From Welwitschia mirabilis (Eukaryota), in assembly GCA_051453625.1 (NCBI GenBank), contig JBOZIK010000001.1, positions 22,373,308 to 22,430,918 of the forward strand: DNA of 57,611 nt, written 5' to 3'. Shown in pieces: positions 54,912 to 57,611 of this stretch (position 1 is its first letter; each line of letters opens with the position of its first letter). Below the pieces are notes generated by a model that saw nothing but the letters and a program-made list of their open reading frames with translations, was not told where the DNA came from and ran no database searches. A program made the translations under genes and the position numbers.

Positions 54912-56999
54912 ATTGAAAAGAAAAAAAAACAATTTCCTACTATTAGTACATCAGGGTAAATATTCCTAACAGGGGTCTTTGATAGTGTAATAAGGTAGCT
55001 ATGAGAACTCCACCAGGGAATCAATTAGCCATGATCTAAGTTTATAACTCTATTGATCCTTATTTCTATTATAGTAGTTGCACTCTCTTCATTGAAAATA
55101 TTTTTCTTAAAATAAAGGATCTTTGGATTAAAATTATAAAGAAGATAATTACTTTATAGATGTAATTTAAGAAATGATTAGTCTCCAATTTCTTTAAACC
55201 AAGTGAATCTCAAAAGAAATGTAAATGTTGCACAAGGTATGATTATTTTGTTTCAACATTTAGGACATTTAAATACATGTATCTTTCTTCTATTTATCAT
55301 GAAGTAGTAAATTCTTATAAGAATAAAAGAGCTTGATGTTCAAATAGTTATTATAATTTGGCATAATAAAAATAAATATTAGAATATAAGATAACTAATG
55401 CTGTTTAATAAAAGGTTTTTATTTCATAACATAGCCAGTAATAGTCCTTAAGTTTTATAATAAAAGAGTTTTAAACAAAAGGCACATTTATTCTATAATT
55501 GTAGGTAAAGCCAAATAAGTAGCAAGAATAACTTGAAAAAAGAAAAAAAAGAAAGAAAGTAGCTAAAATTAATTCCATAATACCTCAAAAGAAATGACCC
55601 TTATACTTGTTCATCCTCCTAAACCTCCTTTTAATAGAGGTCTCTATTAGAGGAAGTAAATACACATAGTATAAGGAGTCAGTCAGAATCCTAATTTCTT
55701 TAGTATGAGCATCCTAGAAGTTTTATTAGGTAGAATCATCCCATGGTTCCCATATTTTCAAGTGATCCTCATCAAAATGAAGACTAGAAATACTTAAAGC
55801 TAGGTTGTTACCCTCAGTTAGCCATACCCTTTGCTCTAACTCTTATATCTAGAGTGAAAAATGCCCTAGGAAAGCATCATACCTATTTGTTTCATTGATT
55901 AGGGAAAACTCATCTCAGCAACTTGGATTCTCAAATATTCTTTGCATAACTAATGTCTAATAGGACCAAAATAAGGTGGAATTTTCTCATGACTAAATTG
56001 GTTTCTTTCATTCTCTTAAAGTATTTCATCCAAGGCAAAGAGTGTTTCAGAAACTGAATTGTAAGATGGAAGATTAGGAATGTAGACATTTTACATTGGA
56101 GTTTGGGAAGAAATTTCACCTACACTGGTGATGTTCATTTCTATCTATAAAGATCCTAAGCAAAACAAGCAGCACTAAGACTTCTTTATAGGGGAAGGAT
56201 TAGTAAAAGGGTTTGATAGGTTATTGGAGTTGGAGGTCATTTCTAAGTTGGATATCAAAAAAACTCAATTGATACAATGAAATTTTTGTTGAGTTCAATT
56301 GATCAAGGTATTATAGTATATAAATACATAAAAATTAATAGTAAAAAATTGTTCTTAATTTCAAACTCAAGTAAATTTAGGATGCACCTAGTCTGCTAAT
56401 TTATTAGTCATTAAAATAATTTGTTTGACTTGGAAAATCCTAGATCAAATTCTATTTCTTCTAACTTAACTAAAGATGCTAATTACAAAAATCTTCCATC
56501 TCCTATCTATAGCTAGATTCTCTATTTCAAAGAACCCCTTCAAGTAACTTCTTATTTCTCAAAAACCCCCTTTGAATCATTGAATAAAGCTAAGAATCTA
56601 TTTCTGATGGCATCTTGAAAGGTACATGTCACCTATTGAAGACCCCTATGACAGATGACTAACCCCTTTTGATGGTGTCTTCAAAATTAGATTATGCTCT
56701 TCTTTCTTGTTATTTTCCTTCTGCTCTAAGCAAGAGCTTGAAGACTTCCTTAAGTAACATTTATTGCTTGAAAACCCCTTTGAGCTCTACCCAAAGCTAG
56801 GTGGAAAAAAAAAAGAAATTAATTTAGCCTTTCCTTTATTATGATTTATTACTTATTTCTCAGACACCCTTTGAAATTCTCAAAGATTTTCTTTTAAGAA
56901 CTACTTCATTGATGTGATGCACGATTGATTTCTGATCAAATCCCCCTTTAGAGAAAGATGTCCTTCTTTGATTTTAAAAATGATAAATGAAAGTGTTAT

Positions 57000-57611
57000 G
57001 ATGCTAACTTGACCTATTTAATACACTTATGGAGTACATTTTCAGGTTCTATTGACAATTTTTTCTAATAATTTATGTAAATTATACAAAGCTTCCATAT
57101 AGATTAAAAGATGTAATAATTTCCAACACAAGAAGCTATTTTTGAATGATGATGAACCAAAGTAATTTGATGAATATATAATGGCCATCCTCCATGTCAT
57201 GGAAATGATAGAGAGAACGACAGTTAGTAAAGTATGATCATTCATAGTGTCGTGGGGAGGATGATCGAGCCAACAGCCAGCATTTTTGATGACAGTCAAA
57301 ATGATTTGTAAAATTAATTAAATTGTTATGAAAGGATGGATATAACTTGTACCTCTTCGTTTCACTTCCTTTAGTGATCTATCCCAACCTATAAATAGAC
57401 CCTTTTAGTCCCTATTATAAATCATATTTTTTTGTCTACATTCTTGTGATAATTAGAGATTGCTAGAGGCAAGGAAATTCATCCTACTTGTAAGAAGGAC
57501 CACCTTGGTGTTAGGTAGTGAATCTTCCATTCATAAGTTATTGTCATAAGTGGATGTAATTCAATTTCATTAATAAAAGTATTGATTGAATTGAAATCTT
57601 TTCAAATGTTT
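57000..57611 (+). mobile_element. Probable start of another LTR
   Basis: CCTATAAATAG TATA motif at ~57388 in LTR-like context; not similar to 48208-49287. Confidence 0.35.

Overview
Plant nuclear DNA (draft assembly with N gaps). The only host gene is the 3' part of LST8, the WD40 subunit of the TOR complex, on the + strand: seven exons from 2110 to the stop at 25725, missed by the ORF track. Earlier exons lie upstream of the window. Three things stand out in this gene: two consecutive GC-AG introns, a 21.8-kb intron filled with transposon debris, and a decayed copy of the last exon about 0.9 kb downstream. The large intron holds two SINEs, a hAT relic, Copia/Gypsy gag fragments and a TSD-flanked gag-only Sirevirus-like element. 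From about 30 kb on, the window is a nest of degenerate LTR retrotransposons: a minus-strand Sirevirus-like Copia, an Athila-like Gypsy inserted in an inverted LTR of a related family, and a second Gypsy. All translations and alignments were done by eye, and family names come from remembered motifs, not database searches. I found no convincing new biological system; the best leads concern LST8 splicing and element architecture.
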